From NCBI GenBank assembly GCA_045616045.1, contig JAZLGA010000026.1:674-64673 (forward strand): DNA of 64,000 bases. The letters run 5' to 3'. Source of the DNA: Bacteroidales bacterium. GTDB taxonomy: Bacteria > Bacteroidota > Bacteroidia > Bacteroidales > F082. Below are positions 1 through 9,457 of the stretch, piece by piece (within the stretch, counting starts at the first letter, position 1; each line of letters begins with the position of its first letter). The translations under genes were made by a program, and so were the position numbers. The notes beneath the pieces are model-generated. The model was not told the origin of the DNA, ran no database searches, and saw nothing but the letters and a program-made list of their open reading frames with translations.

Positions 1-221
1 TAAAGTTGTAGATATGCAATTGGCAAATGGTTCTCTGCCAGCCGAATACAAGCCTCAAGACCATAAGCCTGAGGCTGCCTAACGGCGGAAACCATTCCCA
101 AACCATCTTCACCGCCCTCATCAGGAAAGCACCGGACCACTGCCGGATACTCCGAAAACAGTCAAAGGCGAATAAGGTTCCTCATTGTCAGAGTCATGGC
201 AAACCACACTGAATAGTGTGA

Positions 222-608
222 CTATTTGATTGTCTCATAAACGCCTTCCAGAAAAGGCCTTATGTTCTGCTTATAGACATTTTTTGCCTTGTTGCCGATA
301 ATCTTGGGAGTATGGTGAGCCACAAGACCAGCATACACACCTTTCAAATGCTTAAACTCCTTCTGGTCTTCCTCGCTGAGCCTATCCTCAATATCGTCAA
401 ACTCGTCGTCAAGCATATCAAACTGCTTCAACGAGAACGACCAGTCCGAATCACTATAGTTGTCGCATATTATCTTTGTCTGTTCAACAAAAGCGGTGGC
501 ACGAGCCAAAAAGTCCTCATCAGTGCCAGACACATACGACACCACCTGCGAATAGGCACCCAAAGCAGCAAGGAATATTAAAGCAAATAAAAACAAAATC
601 TTTTTCAT
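222..608 (-). CDS. small secreted protein, unknown function
   Basis: 128-aa ORF with N-terminal signal peptide MKKILFLFALIFLAALGAYSQ; acidic, helical-looking remainder; no family recognised. Confidence 0.55.
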   Translation of the reverse strand: MKKILFLFALIFLAALGAYSQVVSYVSGTDEDFLARATAFVEQTKIICDNYSDSDWSFSLKQFDMLDDEFDDIEDRLSEEDQKEFKHLKGVYAGLVAHHTPKIIGNKAKNVYKQNIRPFLEGVYETIK

Positions 609-620
609 AGCATTTCATTT

Positions 621-1526
621 TTATATCCATATTACATCGAATCCTGACAACAAATTTGATGCCGTTTTTTTGTTGTCGGTGAAACAAAGCACATAGCCTC
701 CCCCACCCGAGCCTAAAATCTTAACGCCGAAATGGAAGTCGTATTGTGTGGCAAACAATTGTTTAGTGTCGGATGTTATCATCGGCTGAAACAACACGTT
801 TTGAAGGGCCGTAAACTGAGCCAAATTGTCGAAAAAGGCCTTCCCGCCTTGGCTTATCGTATCCATACAGCGATTCATACAAGGCAGATATTCGCTTTCA
901 AACTTGTTTTTATATGCAGAATCGCTCAACATCTCACGGAAATGACGCACCAAAGGGCCGGTCTCACTCTTAGTCTTCGTGTCGACAAGTCCAATCTCTG
1001 TTCCGCTATTGATGAAGTCGTCAGGCAAGACACTCACTCCGTCGCTGTTTATTATGAAAGGCTTCCCTATATGGCACTGCAACGGGTCGATGCCTGAGCT
1101 GCTACCATGAAAGAAACTTTCAATACGGCCAAAGACAGATTTCAGTTCCAAGAAATCGCCCATCGTTTTGGTAGCATAACGCTGCCATAGAGCCGCCACC
1201 AAAGCACCAGAACTGCCCAGACCATAACCCGAAGGTATGTCGGAAAACAGATACAATCCCTGACTAAGGTCGTTTTTAAGCATTTGGGTGTCAATAAGTT
1301 CACGCAGTTCTGCATTATTTTCGAGATATTCAACAAGGCTCAGAACACTCTTGCGAGAGAGATCAGCCACTTTGTCATTTCCATAACGCCATTGGGCAGA
1401 AAATTTCCTGAAAGGAAACATCAACGCCTTCGAGTCAAGTATCATGGAATACTCACCAAAAAGTATTATCTTACTATAAACAAGTCTATTATATTCTTGA
1501 TACTCCATTTCCAACTTTATCGTCAA
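621..1526 (-). CDS. mvk: mevalonate kinase (GHMP kinase family)
   Basis: N-terminal KIILFGEYSMI and GHMP motif PSGYGLGSSGALVAAL; last gene of the HMGR-kinase-decarboxylase-kinase operon; overlaps the mvaD end (alternative start M7 at 1508). Confidence 0.7.
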   Translation of the reverse strand: MTIKLEMEYQEYNRLVYSKIILFGEYSMILDSKALMFPFRKFSAQWRYGNDKVADLSRKSVLSLVEYLENNAELRELIDTQMLKNDLSQGLYLFSDIPSGYGLGSSGALVAALWQRYATKTMGDFLELKSVFGRIESFFHGSSSGIDPLQCHIGKPFIINSDGVSVLPDDFINSGTEIGLVDTKTKSETGPLVRHFREMLSDSAYKNKFESEYLPCMNRCMDTISQGGKAFFDNLAQFTALQNVLFQPMITSDTKQLFATQYDFHFGVKILGSGGGGYVLCFTDNKKTASNLLSGFDVIWI

Positions 1527-2532
1527 TATATTTCAGACTGGGGACATCTGTTTTCAACTCGGTTTCGATAAACTGTTTCACCACTGCGTATTGCTCTTCG
1601 GGATAAAGCAAATGCACGTTGGGGCCTGCATCAAGAGTGAAGCAAAGAGGGGTATGCGTATCGGCGCGGAACTGACGCACCTTGTTAATTATATGGATTG
1701 TGTTTGGTTTGACGAGCAAGAAATAAGGCTCGCTGCACATCATCATGGCATGAAGTTGCATTGCTTCCGACTCCACCACATTCATAAACAACTGCAAGTC
1801 AGCATTTCTAAAAGCTTTGAGCAACGATGAGACATTGTTGTTGGCTTCTTTATAACGGACCTCGGCAAAAGGATTTCCATCCATCAGTTTGTGACCTGCC
1901 GTACTTGAGATGTCCTTTTTGTCGTCGCTCACAATCAAAATGCTGTCGCGATAAGTATGGAAAATAGGAGCTGCAATGTCGTGAATATCAATGGCATACT
2001 CATCGGAGCTTCCATCAAAGGCGTCAGTCTTACCCCAAAGGGCTATCTTGTTTATCACCGAGCGGGAAGCACTTCCAGAGGCTAATCTAGCAAAATAAGA
2101 TGCTTTTTTCATGTCTATCTCTCCCCCATTCAGGCTGCGCTCGATGTCAAGCAAAGTCACGACCACGGCACTCATCGATGATGCGGAAGAGGCTATACCG
2201 GAAGAATGCGGGAATGTGTTACCGCTGTCGATATTAAGGCTCAGACTGTCGATGAAAGGGAAAGCGTCTTTGTGGGCTTCAATAAACTTCATGATTTTGT
2301 CAGCGAAAGCCTCATTGGGTTTGCCCTCAAAGGTGAAACTGAGGCTGAAACGCTCACTTGCCTCAAAGACGGTCCTCATTATCGTTTTGCACTGGCTTAG
2401 AGTGAAACTTACAGAAGGGTTCATTGGCAACTGGGGCGAACGCTTGCCCCAATATTTGACAAGGGCTATATTTGAGGGGCTTTGCCATGAGCAAGCTCCG
2501 TGAAAGTCTTCAGGTATATGTGTTATGGCCAT
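1489..2532 (-). CDS. mvaD: diphosphomevalonate decarboxylase
   Basis: SPSNIALVKYWGKR near the N-terminus, SSGIASSASS GHMP motif and FTLDAGPNVHLLY near the C-terminus are hallmark MVD motifs. Confidence 0.85.
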   Translation of the reverse strand: MAITHIPEDFHGACSWQSPSNIALVKYWGKRSPQLPMNPSVSFTLSQCKTIMRTVFEASERFSLSFTFEGKPNEAFADKIMKFIEAHKDAFPFIDSLSLNIDSGNTFPHSSGIASSASSMSAVVVTLLDIERSLNGGEIDMKKASYFARLASGSASRSVINKIALWGKTDAFDGSSDEYAIDIHDIAAPIFHTYRDSILIVSDDKKDISSTAGHKLMDGNPFAEVRYKEANNNVSSLLKAFRNADLQLFMNVVESEAMQLHAMMMCSEPYFLLVKPNTIHIINKVRQFRADTHTPLCFTLDAGPNVHLLYPEEQYAVVKQFIETELKTDVPSLKYIDDKVGNGVSRI

Positions 2533-2560
2533 AGAAAAATCGTATTTTCAAATTCTAACA

Positions 2561-3478
2561 TCAACATTTATTTAACACTATATCATTATAACTCAAAACT
2601 GTGTCCATATTGTGCCTTGCAAAATAGTTTTTAACATAATCATGGCCTTTCTCGGTTGCAGCCATCATAAAATCGCCACCCCATGCGCCCAACGATTTGA
2701 GAGAGCCTTCAAAATCATCGAAATATGATTTAAGTTTCGGCCTACCCAAACATTCCGACATACACGCCTCGTGATTGTCCAAAAGCCGACAGAAATCGTC
2801 CATTTTTTTGACCTCGACCATTTTTTTCGTTATGTTGTCAATATAAGGAATGTATTTGAGATATTCACGGTCGTCTTTATGCAAAAAGCTCTTCACCTCG
2901 ACCGCCGAAGACTGTTTCTTGCCTTGGTAAACAAAGAAGATATTATCACCAAAAGGAGGATTAAAATCTGCCTTTTCAAATGATGGCAAGCCATTTTCAA
3001 GTGAATAAAAGATAGGTGAAGAGGCTTCAGCGCATGCGACATCGTAACCCGAACCGCCAAATGTCTCTTTCAAAAGCAGGTATGGATTCAAGTTGGCCCA
3101 GCGAGCCATATTGCTTATCAAAGTTGAGCTACTGCCCATTCCCCACTCGGGGTCAAACTCCAACAAGGTGCTGAACAACAGCCCACTATCAAAAAGATGC
3201 GGCTTGACATCTTTCACAATTTCCAATAAATGAGCCACAAAACCTGCCTTTATTGAGTCACTGGTTTCAATCAGTTCAAGATTTTTGCGGTCAAAAGAAG
3301 CCTCAAGCCAAGTGCCTTGTGGTTGTTTTGCCACCCATCTGACGATGTCGTCATCAACGACTTCAACATTAAGTGTTTGTCCCAACTTCAAAGGTATGGC
3401 GAGAGACAATGCCCCATGCAATACGAGGTATTCGCCCGTGAGCAAGAATTTTCCGTTAGCTTTATAATAGGACATCAC
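2561..3478 (-). CDS. GYDIA-type GHMP kinase, putative phosphomevalonate kinase
   Basis: KFLLTGEYLVLHGA, GMGSSSTLISNMA and GGSGYDVA motifs; sits between HMGR and MVD; 4-nt overlap with the HMGR stop. Confidence 0.65.
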   Translation of the reverse strand: MMSYYKANGKFLLTGEYLVLHGALSLAIPLKLGQTLNVEVVDDDIVRWVAKQPQGTWLEASFDRKNLELIETSDSIKAGFVAHLLEIVKDVKPHLFDSGLLFSTLLEFDPEWGMGSSSTLISNMARWANLNPYLLLKETFGGSGYDVACAEASSPIFYSLENGLPSFEKADFNPPFGDNIFFVYQGKKQSSAVEVKSFLHKDDREYLKYIPYIDNITKKMVEVKKMDDFCRLLDNHEACMSECLGRPKLKSYFDDFEGSLKSLGAWGGDFMMAATEKGHDYVKNYFARHNMDTVLSYNDIVLNKC

Positions 3479-4800
3479 CTGCGCAATGATTTAAGGCGAG
3501 CTTCAACATCGGCATAGACAACAGTCTTGTCGCTAAAGTATTCCGTCACCTTGTTTTTTTCCTCATCAGATGCATTCAATTGGTTGAGAATATTGTTCAG
3601 GTGCATCTTCATGTGTCCCGACTGTATTCCTTTTGTTGTCAGGGAGCGTACAGCCGAAAAGTTGTTCGCCAGCCCCATGGTGGCTGCCACCATCATAAGT
3701 TCACGTGCTGTTGGGTTCCCTAAGAGTTCGAGCGACTTCTTAGCCATAGGATGAAGACTTGTCAATCCACCGACTGTGCCAAGAGCCATAGGCACTTCAA
3801 GAGCAAATCTGAACATGCCATCTTCAATTTCAACACTGCTTAAACTTTCGTAATGTCCATTGCGTGCAGCATACGTATGTCCTGCCGCTTCCACAGCCCT
3901 GAAATCATTTCCTGTTGCAATGACTACAGCATCTATACCATTATATATGCCTTTATTGTGCGTAGTGGCACGATATGGGTCGATATGAGCTATGTCAACA
4001 GCTTTCTTGAATTTGTGTGCATACGCCACTCCACCGAGTTTTGGGTCAATGCTACCCAAATCCGACAATGGGCATTCAACCCATACCCTAACACGGCAAT
4101 CGGGTGTGTTGTTCGACAATATTGCCATAACAATCTCAACCTCTTGGAGTTGCACAGGCAAATCATTCCGGTTTGCAAGATAAGAATGCAAACTATCGCC
4201 AAACTGTTCCAAGACAGAATTAATGAAGTTGGCGCCCATCGAATCACGGGTTTCAAAACTGACACGCAACTGATAATAATTGTCAATCTGGCTGCTGAAA
4301 TCAACAAGTTCTATGCCACGTATGCCACCGCCTCGCCGTTCCATATTTTGGGTAATATGAGCCGTATCGGCAATAAGGCGTTCTTTTATCTCTGGCATCA
4401 TTTTGGTTAAGGCTTCATAGCCGCCATTCCAACAAAAATGCAACTGACCTATTTTCAAGGTGTTTACGACTTCGGCATGGAAACCGCCTCGTTCGCTCCA
4501 GAACTTTGCGGCAGCCGATGCGGCAGCCACCACAGAGCTTTCCTCTATCACCATAGGGACGACATAATCTCTGCCATTTATCTTCACATTTGGCGATATG
4601 CCATAAGGAACAAAAAAGTTGGTGATGGTGTTCTCACTAAACTCGTCAAACATTTTCTGCTGCTGCGAGTCGGGATGCCAAAAGCTTTTTAATAGCGACA
4701 CAACCTCGCCTGGATTCTCAAAATAGCTGGCTATAAGGGCTATTTTTTCCTCCTTGAGTAACTTTGAGAAACCTCGTTTTATATCCTTGTGCAGTGCCAT
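3475..4800 (-). CDS. mvaA: hydroxymethylglutaryl-CoA reductase (class II-like)
   Basis: 441 aa; EESSVVAAAS, RDSMGANFIN and ALGTVGG motifs typical of bacterial HMG-CoA reductases. Confidence 0.85.
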   Translation of the reverse strand: MALHKDIKRGFSKLLKEEKIALIASYFENPGEVVSLLKSFWHPDSQQQKMFDEFSENTITNFFVPYGISPNVKINGRDYVVPMVIEESSVVAAASAAAKFWSERGGFHAEVVNTLKIGQLHFCWNGGYEALTKMMPEIKERLIADTAHITQNMERRGGGIRGIELVDFSSQIDNYYQLRVSFETRDSMGANFINSVLEQFGDSLHSYLANRNDLPVQLQEVEIVMAILSNNTPDCRVRVWVECPLSDLGSIDPKLGGVAYAHKFKKAVDIAHIDPYRATTHNKGIYNGIDAVVIATGNDFRAVEAAGHTYAARNGHYESLSSVEIEDGMFRFALEVPMALGTVGGLTSLHPMAKKSLELLGNPTARELMMVAATMGLANNFSAVRSLTTKGIQSGHMKMHLNNILNQLNASDEEKNKVTEYFSDKTVVYADVEARLKSLRR

Positions 4801-5331
4801 TTACCATTCTTCCTCGACTATCACCCTTTCAGGCTGTACCTTCTCTTCCAAAAGAGCCGCACGTTGTTCAACATATTCAGCTATCTGGTCAAGGTATCCG
4901 CCCCATGCTGGGCTATATTTGGGGTCGTTAGGGTCAAGCCAGCGCTCTATTGGGAAGTGTGACGCTGCGTTTTTAAGGGTCAAGTCAGTAATAGTGTAAC
5001 GAAGACGTCCATCACGAGCTTCAACCGTGAAGTTATAATTCACTATGGGACACTTGCTCTTAACAGTCTCTGCACAATCAATGTAAATGGTGTATTTCCC
5101 TTTTATCACGTTATCCTGATTTGAGACAACCACCGACGACGGGTTCTTGAATGCGGCATTAAGCCACTGGTCGTTCAAGCGTTTGTATATTTCGGCTTGT
5201 GTGCCAGCCACTTTGATAACTTGTTGAAACTTTATTAAATCAGTGTTTACGTCACGAGGAATCTCGCGATTTTGTGCAAAGGCTGCCATACCGCAAAACA
5301 CTGCCAAGACAAACAAAAAAAACTTCTTCAT
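4801..5331 (-). CDS. secreted protein, DUF4468-like (unknown function)
   Basis: 176 aa; signal peptide MKKFFLFVLAVFCGMAAFAQ; its stop codon abuts the HMGR ATG; the family assignment is from memory only. Confidence 0.5.
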   Translation of the reverse strand: MKKFFLFVLAVFCGMAAFAQNREIPRDVNTDLIKFQQVIKVAGTQAEIYKRLNDQWLNAAFKNPSSVVVSNQDNVIKGKYTIYIDCAETVKSKCPIVNYNFTVEARDGRLRYTITDLTLKNAASHFPIERWLDPNDPKYSPAWGGYLDQIAEYVEQRAALLEEKVQPERVIVEEEW

Positions 5332-5354
5332 CTTAAAGACATTTTATTATTCCA

Positions 5355-5362
5355 CAAAAATA
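5355..5362 (-). promoter_or_regulatory. Bacteroidetes -7 box (TAttTTTG on the minus strand)
   Basis: Matches the TAnnTTTG consensus, 23 nt upstream of the ATG at 5331; the only such box upstream of the mevalonate operon. Confidence 0.5.
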
Positions 5363-5524
5363 CAAAATTTAAATTTACGATAATCATACCCCAAAAATAA
5401 TGCCAAATATTTTTCCGGATGAATTTAAAGCAACATAAAAAAAACAAATGTTTGCCAAAAGTTCATAAAAACATAGTTCAATAATTTGAGCAATAAAATT
5501 ATCTCATTTCAAAAAAATTAGTAT

Positions 5525-5532
5525 TATCTTTG
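5525..5532 (+). promoter_or_regulatory. Bacteroidetes -7 box TAtcTTTG
   Basis: TAnnTTTG 21 nt upstream of the ATG at 5554 in an AT-rich intergenic region. Confidence 0.5.
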
Positions 5533-5553
5533 CCGAAAAATCAGGACTAAAAC

Positions 5554-6123
5554 ATGAAAAAAATATTTTTTACGGCAATGGCACTTTTATTGCTTGCCTG
5601 CAACGGCTGCTCACAAGGCAATGGAAAAAAGTCAGAATCAAACAAAGATAAAAGCATGAAGACACTTGTATGTTATTTTTCCTGTTCAGGAGTCACTAAA
5701 GAAGTCGCCACACGTTTGGCCGATGTTGCCGGTGCCGACCTCTATGAAATCAAACCAGTTGAAGTTTACACCGATGCCGACCTTGACTGGACAAACAAGC
5801 AGTCGCGCAGCTCACTCGAGATGAGCGACCACGGTTCTCGTCCTGCCATAGTAAAAGACTTAAAGGATGCCGAGCAATATGAAGTAGTATTTATCGGCTT
5901 CCCCATCTGGTGGTACACAGCACCCACCATTGTAAACACCTTCATTGAGGCATACAGCTTTGACGGCAAAACCGCCATACCTTTCGCAACGTCAGGTGGA
6001 AGCGACATTAAAAAGTCATGCGACGACTTGAGAAAAGCCTACCCAAACATAAAATGGGGCGAAGGCAGACTTCTCAACAAAGCCAGCGACGAAGAGCTGA
6101 AGAACTGGATCAAGGCCAAATAA
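5554..6123 (+). CDS. flavodoxin-family lipoprotein
   Basis: Lipoprotein signal LLLACNGCS; flavodoxin-like [14 protein letters not shown] and [12 protein letters not shown] segments. Confidence 0.7.
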   Translation: MKKIFFTAMALLLLACNGCSQGNGKKSESNKDKSMKTLVCYFSCSGVTKEVATRLADVAGADLYEIKPVEVYTDADLDWTNKQSRSSLEMSDHGSRPAIVKDLKDAEQYEVVFIGFPIWWYTAPTIVNTFIEAYSFDGKTAIPFATSGGSDIKKSCDDLRKAYPNIKWGEGRLLNKASDEELKNWIKAK

Positions 6124-6149
6124 CCAAGAAAATTGGTTTTGCCAATCAT

Positions 6150-6178
6150 CCCCTATCTCGAATGAGGTAGGGGTTTTT
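6150..6178 (+). terminator. rho-independent terminator
   Basis: 10-bp stem cccctatctc/gaggtagggg (one G-U pair), gaat loop, then TTTTT; 27 nt after the flavodoxin stop. Confidence 0.75.
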
Positions 6179-6205
6179 ATAAAAATCCTTTGTTGACAAA
6201 CAATT

Positions 6206-7027
6206 ATGGACGATAGAGAAGTAGAACAACTTGTTGGGGCAGCCTCAATTGCCGCCGTCGAAGCTGGCAAAGTTATTCTCAAGATATATGCACTTCAATT
6301 CGATGTGACAAATAAAGACGACGGAAGTCCTGTCACCCAAGCCGATTTGGAATCGAGCCTTATCATTAAAGAAACGCTAAAACCCACTAACCTGCCATTT
6401 GTATGCGAAGAGGATTGCATCTATTCGTATGATGAGAGGTCGTCTTTCCCACTATATTGGCTTGTCGACCCACTTGACGGGACAAAAGAGTTCGTGAAAC
6501 ATAACGACGAGTTCACTGTAAACATAGCGCTTATGGAGAGCCAAAAACCCATTGCAGGGATTGTCTATAGCCCTATTCTTGACATTCTTTGGATAGGTTT
6601 CTGCATGAAAAGTTGGCGTATGGAAAAAGCCACAACAAAAAATCTCACCAATTTTGACGAAATTGTCAAGACGGCTACCCCACTTCCATTGCCATATCAG
6701 AAAAGGCCATACACCATTCTTGTCAGCCGCTCGCACCGAGATTCACAAGTTGATGATTACATAAACAAATCATTACTTCCCTTTCACCCCAATGCGGTCA
6801 TCAAGCCTTTGGGCAGCACTCTTAAGTTTGCAATGCTTGCAGAGGGCAAGGCCGACATAAATGTGTGTTTTAGCCCTACAAAAGAATGGGACACGGCAGC
6901 TGCACAAGCTTTATTGGAGGCTACAGGAGGTCATGTTTGCCGTATCGTCGACAACAAAGGCCTTGAATACGGGAAGGAGGACTTTCGCAATCCTCCTTTC
7001 ATAGCAACAAATTTTCCACAAACATAA
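6206..7027 (+). CDS. cysQ: 3'(2'),5'-bisphosphate nucleotidase (inositol monophosphatase family)
   Basis: WLVDPLDGTKEF metal-binding motif and EWDTAAAQALL motif. Confidence 0.8.
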   Translation: MDDREVEQLVGAASIAAVEAGKVILKIYALQFDVTNKDDGSPVTQADLESSLIIKETLKPTNLPFVCEEDCIYSYDERSSFPLYWLVDPLDGTKEFVKHNDEFTVNIALMESQKPIAGIVYSPILDILWIGFCMKSWRMEKATTKNLTNFDEIVKTATPLPLPYQKRPYTILVSRSHRDSQVDDYINKSLLPFHPNAVIKPLGSTLKFAMLAEGKADINVCFSPTKEWDTAAAQALLEATGGHVCRIVDNKGLEYGKEDFRNPPFIATNFPQT

Positions 7028-7175
7028 GTGCCACCCTCTAAATGCTCTATGTTGACAAGGGGTTTAAGGGCCGATATGCTGATGTATGGATTCCCTTGGT
7101 TTGCATGATTTCTTTCAACACTTCTTCCTTTGCTAGGGTATAGGCTTTTGTCATTGAGATTATTGTATATTTCCT

Positions 7176-7412
7176 TCAAAATGCACATCTGACATTTGAG
7201 ACACTGTCAACAAGGGGTCTTGTAATATCGAAAGACTTTTTGTCGGCCAAAATGCCAAGAAAAGAGACAGCTTCTGGGTTATAATGTCCAAATTCCTCAT
7301 TATTGTCAAGATTCCATTGTCCGTCATGATGAAAGGGCAGGAAACGTAAGGCGGGCATGGCATCAAGTTTTGCAATTAGGTTAGCGACATCAAAGAAGCC
7401 CGATGACTTCCA
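7176..7412 (-). pseudogene. stop-bounded remnant of an unidentified gene
   Basis: Open frame WKSSGFFDVANLIAKLDAMPALRFLPFHHDGQWNLDNNEEFGHYNPEAV... with no credible start; protein-like continuation in other frames down to about 7030. Confidence 0.3.
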
Positions 7413-7434
7413 TTAACACGAATTGCTATATTTG

Positions 7435-7581
7435 CAGGAATGGAACTCTGTCGAACAGTTCAAGGGCATTCTCAGAAAGCAAATCCGATACTATAATAAC
7501 GACAAAATCAAGCTGTGGCTAAAAGGAAAAGAGTTCGGTGCAGTACCGAACTCTTTTCTCAGGTGCCAGATTTATTGTTAA
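7435..7581 (+). pseudogene. IS3-family transposase C-terminal remnant
   Basis: Translates to QEWNSVEQFKGILRKQIRYYNNDKIKLWLKGKEFGAVPNSFLR, resembling the conserved ...YYNN.RI.L.LKG.SP..YR tail of IS3/IS150 OrfB; a stop lies just upstream and no transposase body is present. Confidence 0.45.
7527..7557 (-). terminator. hairpin downstream of glyA
   Basis: Perfect 13-bp arms aaaagagttcggt/accgaactctttt with a 5-nt loop, A/T runs on both sides, about 85 nt after the glyA stop. Confidence 0.5.
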
Positions 7582-7640
7582 ACCGTCCAAGTCCTTGGGG
7601 TCACATCAGAGGCTCCCGTTCAAAGAATCTATTGAGATGA

Positions 7641-8939
7641 CTACCAAGCAAAGAGCGGATAATCTTTCATGATGTGGTTTACTTTCTCGCGTACAGCAGC
7701 GACTTTGCTGTCAGGAGCAGTCTTGGCGACTGGGTCGATGGCCGAGATCACATCGTCGATAAGGTCAACAATGACACCCATCTTGTCTTCTTTCAGTCCA
7801 CGTGTGGTGATAGCTGGAGTACCGATACGGAGACCGGAGGTGAGGAAAGGAGAACGGCTGTCGAATGGCACCATGTTCTTGTTAACAGTGATGTCGGCGA
7901 GAACAAGAGTGTTTTCAACCATCTTACCTGTCACTTCGGGGAACTTGCTACGCAAGTCAATAAGCATTGAGTGGTTGTCAGTACCACCTGAGATGACATC
8001 ATAGCCTTTGTCGATGAAAGCTTGTGCCATGACGGCAGCATTTTTCTTGACTTGAAGTATGTATTCCATATATTCATCGCTAAGTGCCTCGCCAAAAGCG
8101 ACAGCCTTAGAAGCTATGACATGTTCGAGAGGTCCACCCTGTATGCCAGGGAACACTGCACTGTTGAGCAAAGCTGACATCATTTTCACTTCACCCTTTG
8201 GTGTAGTACGGCCTTGAGGGTCAGGGAAGTCTTCACCCATAAGGATAAGACCGCCACGAGGGCCACGGAGAGTCTTGTGTGTTGTCGTAGTGACAATGTG
8301 GCAATAGTCGAGCGGGTCATTAAGGAGTCCACGAGCAATAAGACCTGCTGGGTGACTAATGTCGGCCATAAGGATGGCACCGACCTGGTCGGCAATCTCA
8401 CGCATACGAGCGAAATCCCAGTCACGTGAATACGCAGAAGCACCGGCAACGATAAGTTTAGGTTTGCATTCCAATGCTATCTTCTCCATCTCGTCATAGT
8501 CAACGCGCCCTGTTTCTTTGCTTACATGATAAGCGACAGGTTTGTAAAGCATGCCTGATGCGTTAACCGGGCTACCATGCGAAAGGTGCCCACCATGTGA
8601 AAGGTCAAGACCCATAAAACTATCTCCAGGCTGCATGATTGCTTGCATTACAGCCATATTGGCCTGTGCACCCGAGTGAGGTTGAACATTTGCGAAATTG
8701 GCATCGAAAAGTTCGCAAGCACGGTCGATGGCGAGCTGTTCGCTTTGGTCAACTATTTGGCAACCGCCATAATAACGTTTGCCAGGATAACCTTCAGCAT
8801 ATTTGTTGGTCATAACAGAACCCATGGCCTCCAAAACTTGTTCGCTGACGAAGTTTTCTGAAGCAATAAGCTCAATACCGCGCATCTGACGTTCTTTCTC
8901 TTGACGTATCAGATCAAAGATTTTTTCGTCTCTTTTCAT
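7641..8939 (-). CDS. glyA: serine hydroxymethyltransferase
   Basis: 432 aa; [21 protein letters not shown] and [14 protein letters not shown] motifs. Confidence 0.95.
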   Translation of the reverse strand: MKRDEKIFDLIRQEKERQMRGIELIASENFVSEQVLEAMGSVMTNKYAEGYPGKRYYGGCQIVDQSEQLAIDRACELFDANFANVQPHSGAQANMAVMQAIMQPGDSFMGLDLSHGGHLSHGSPVNASGMLYKPVAYHVSKETGRVDYDEMEKIALECKPKLIVAGASAYSRDWDFARMREIADQVGAILMADISHPAGLIARGLLNDPLDYCHIVTTTTHKTLRGPRGGLILMGEDFPDPQGRTTPKGEVKMMSALLNSAVFPGIQGGPLEHVIASKAVAFGEALSDEYMEYILQVKKNAAVMAQAFIDKGYDVISGGTDNHSMLIDLRSKFPEVTGKMVENTLVLADITVNKNMVPFDSRSPFLTSGLRIGTPAITTRGLKEDKMGVIVDLIDDVISAIDPVAKTAPDSKVAAVREKVNHIMKDYPLFAW

Positions 8940-8967
8940 TATAACTGTTTTTTTAGTTTTCTTTTTT

Positions 8968-9165
8968 GGTGGGTTCTATAAATTAATTTCCAGTGATTTT
9001 GAGTCGGTTTCCGAGCAGATTGCTGCGCAGAAAGAGGGCGCATAGCGGGCTATGCAACCGATTGATAAACAGCAAGATGCCGAAAAGCGGCCAAAAGCGA
9101 GGAAAAGAAATTTTAAATTTGTCATATCATTTGTATTTTATTTCGTTGATTTTATAGAACCCACC
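8968..9165 (+). repeat. 198-bp MITE-like element, copy 1
   Basis: Terminal inverted repeats ggtgggttctataaa...tttatagaacccacc; central palindrome gcatagcgggctatgc; no ORF; 190/198 identical to the reverse complement of 31324-31521. Confidence 0.75.
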
Positions 9166-9180
9166 TTTTATAATTTTTCG

Positions 9181-9188
9181 CAAAAATA
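9181..9188 (-). promoter_or_regulatory. candidate -7 box (TAttTTTG on the minus strand)
   Basis: First TAnnTTTG upstream of glyA; it lies beyond the MITE-like element, 241 nt from the ATG. Confidence 0.35.
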
Positions 9189-9428
9189 ACAATAAATTTG
9201 ATTGTGAAAACCAAAAATCTTTTTTTTAAAGGTATGGACAAAAAAAAATACAAGCCACAAAAATTGTTTTAAGCGGCAAACACACAACCAATTGGCTGTT
9301 TTCAGGTTAAAATATTGAGTTCTCTCTTAATCCAATGCATAATGCACATCATTACAACACATTATAACCGTCACGACTATAACAGGAAAATAATTGTCGA
9401 AATATAAAGTCCACATCGGTTATTTATA

Positions 9429-9436
9429 TATCTTTG
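9429..9436 (+). promoter_or_regulatory. Bacteroidetes -7 box TAtcTTTG
   Basis: 21 nt upstream of the ATG at 9458. Confidence 0.5.
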
Positions 9437-9457
9437 TAACGTAAAAAAACAAAAGAC

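Noticed and set aside
27-212. 61-aa plus-strand ORF at the left edge
   Set aside because: The sequence is not protein-like (Cys/His/Pro/Gln rich), it has no promoter box, and it sits downstream of a minus-strand gene. The minus strand of 1-95 has an open frame (MVSAVRQPQAYGLEACIRLAENHLPIAYLQL...) that could be the start of a gene running off the window, but 31 codons are too few to support a call.
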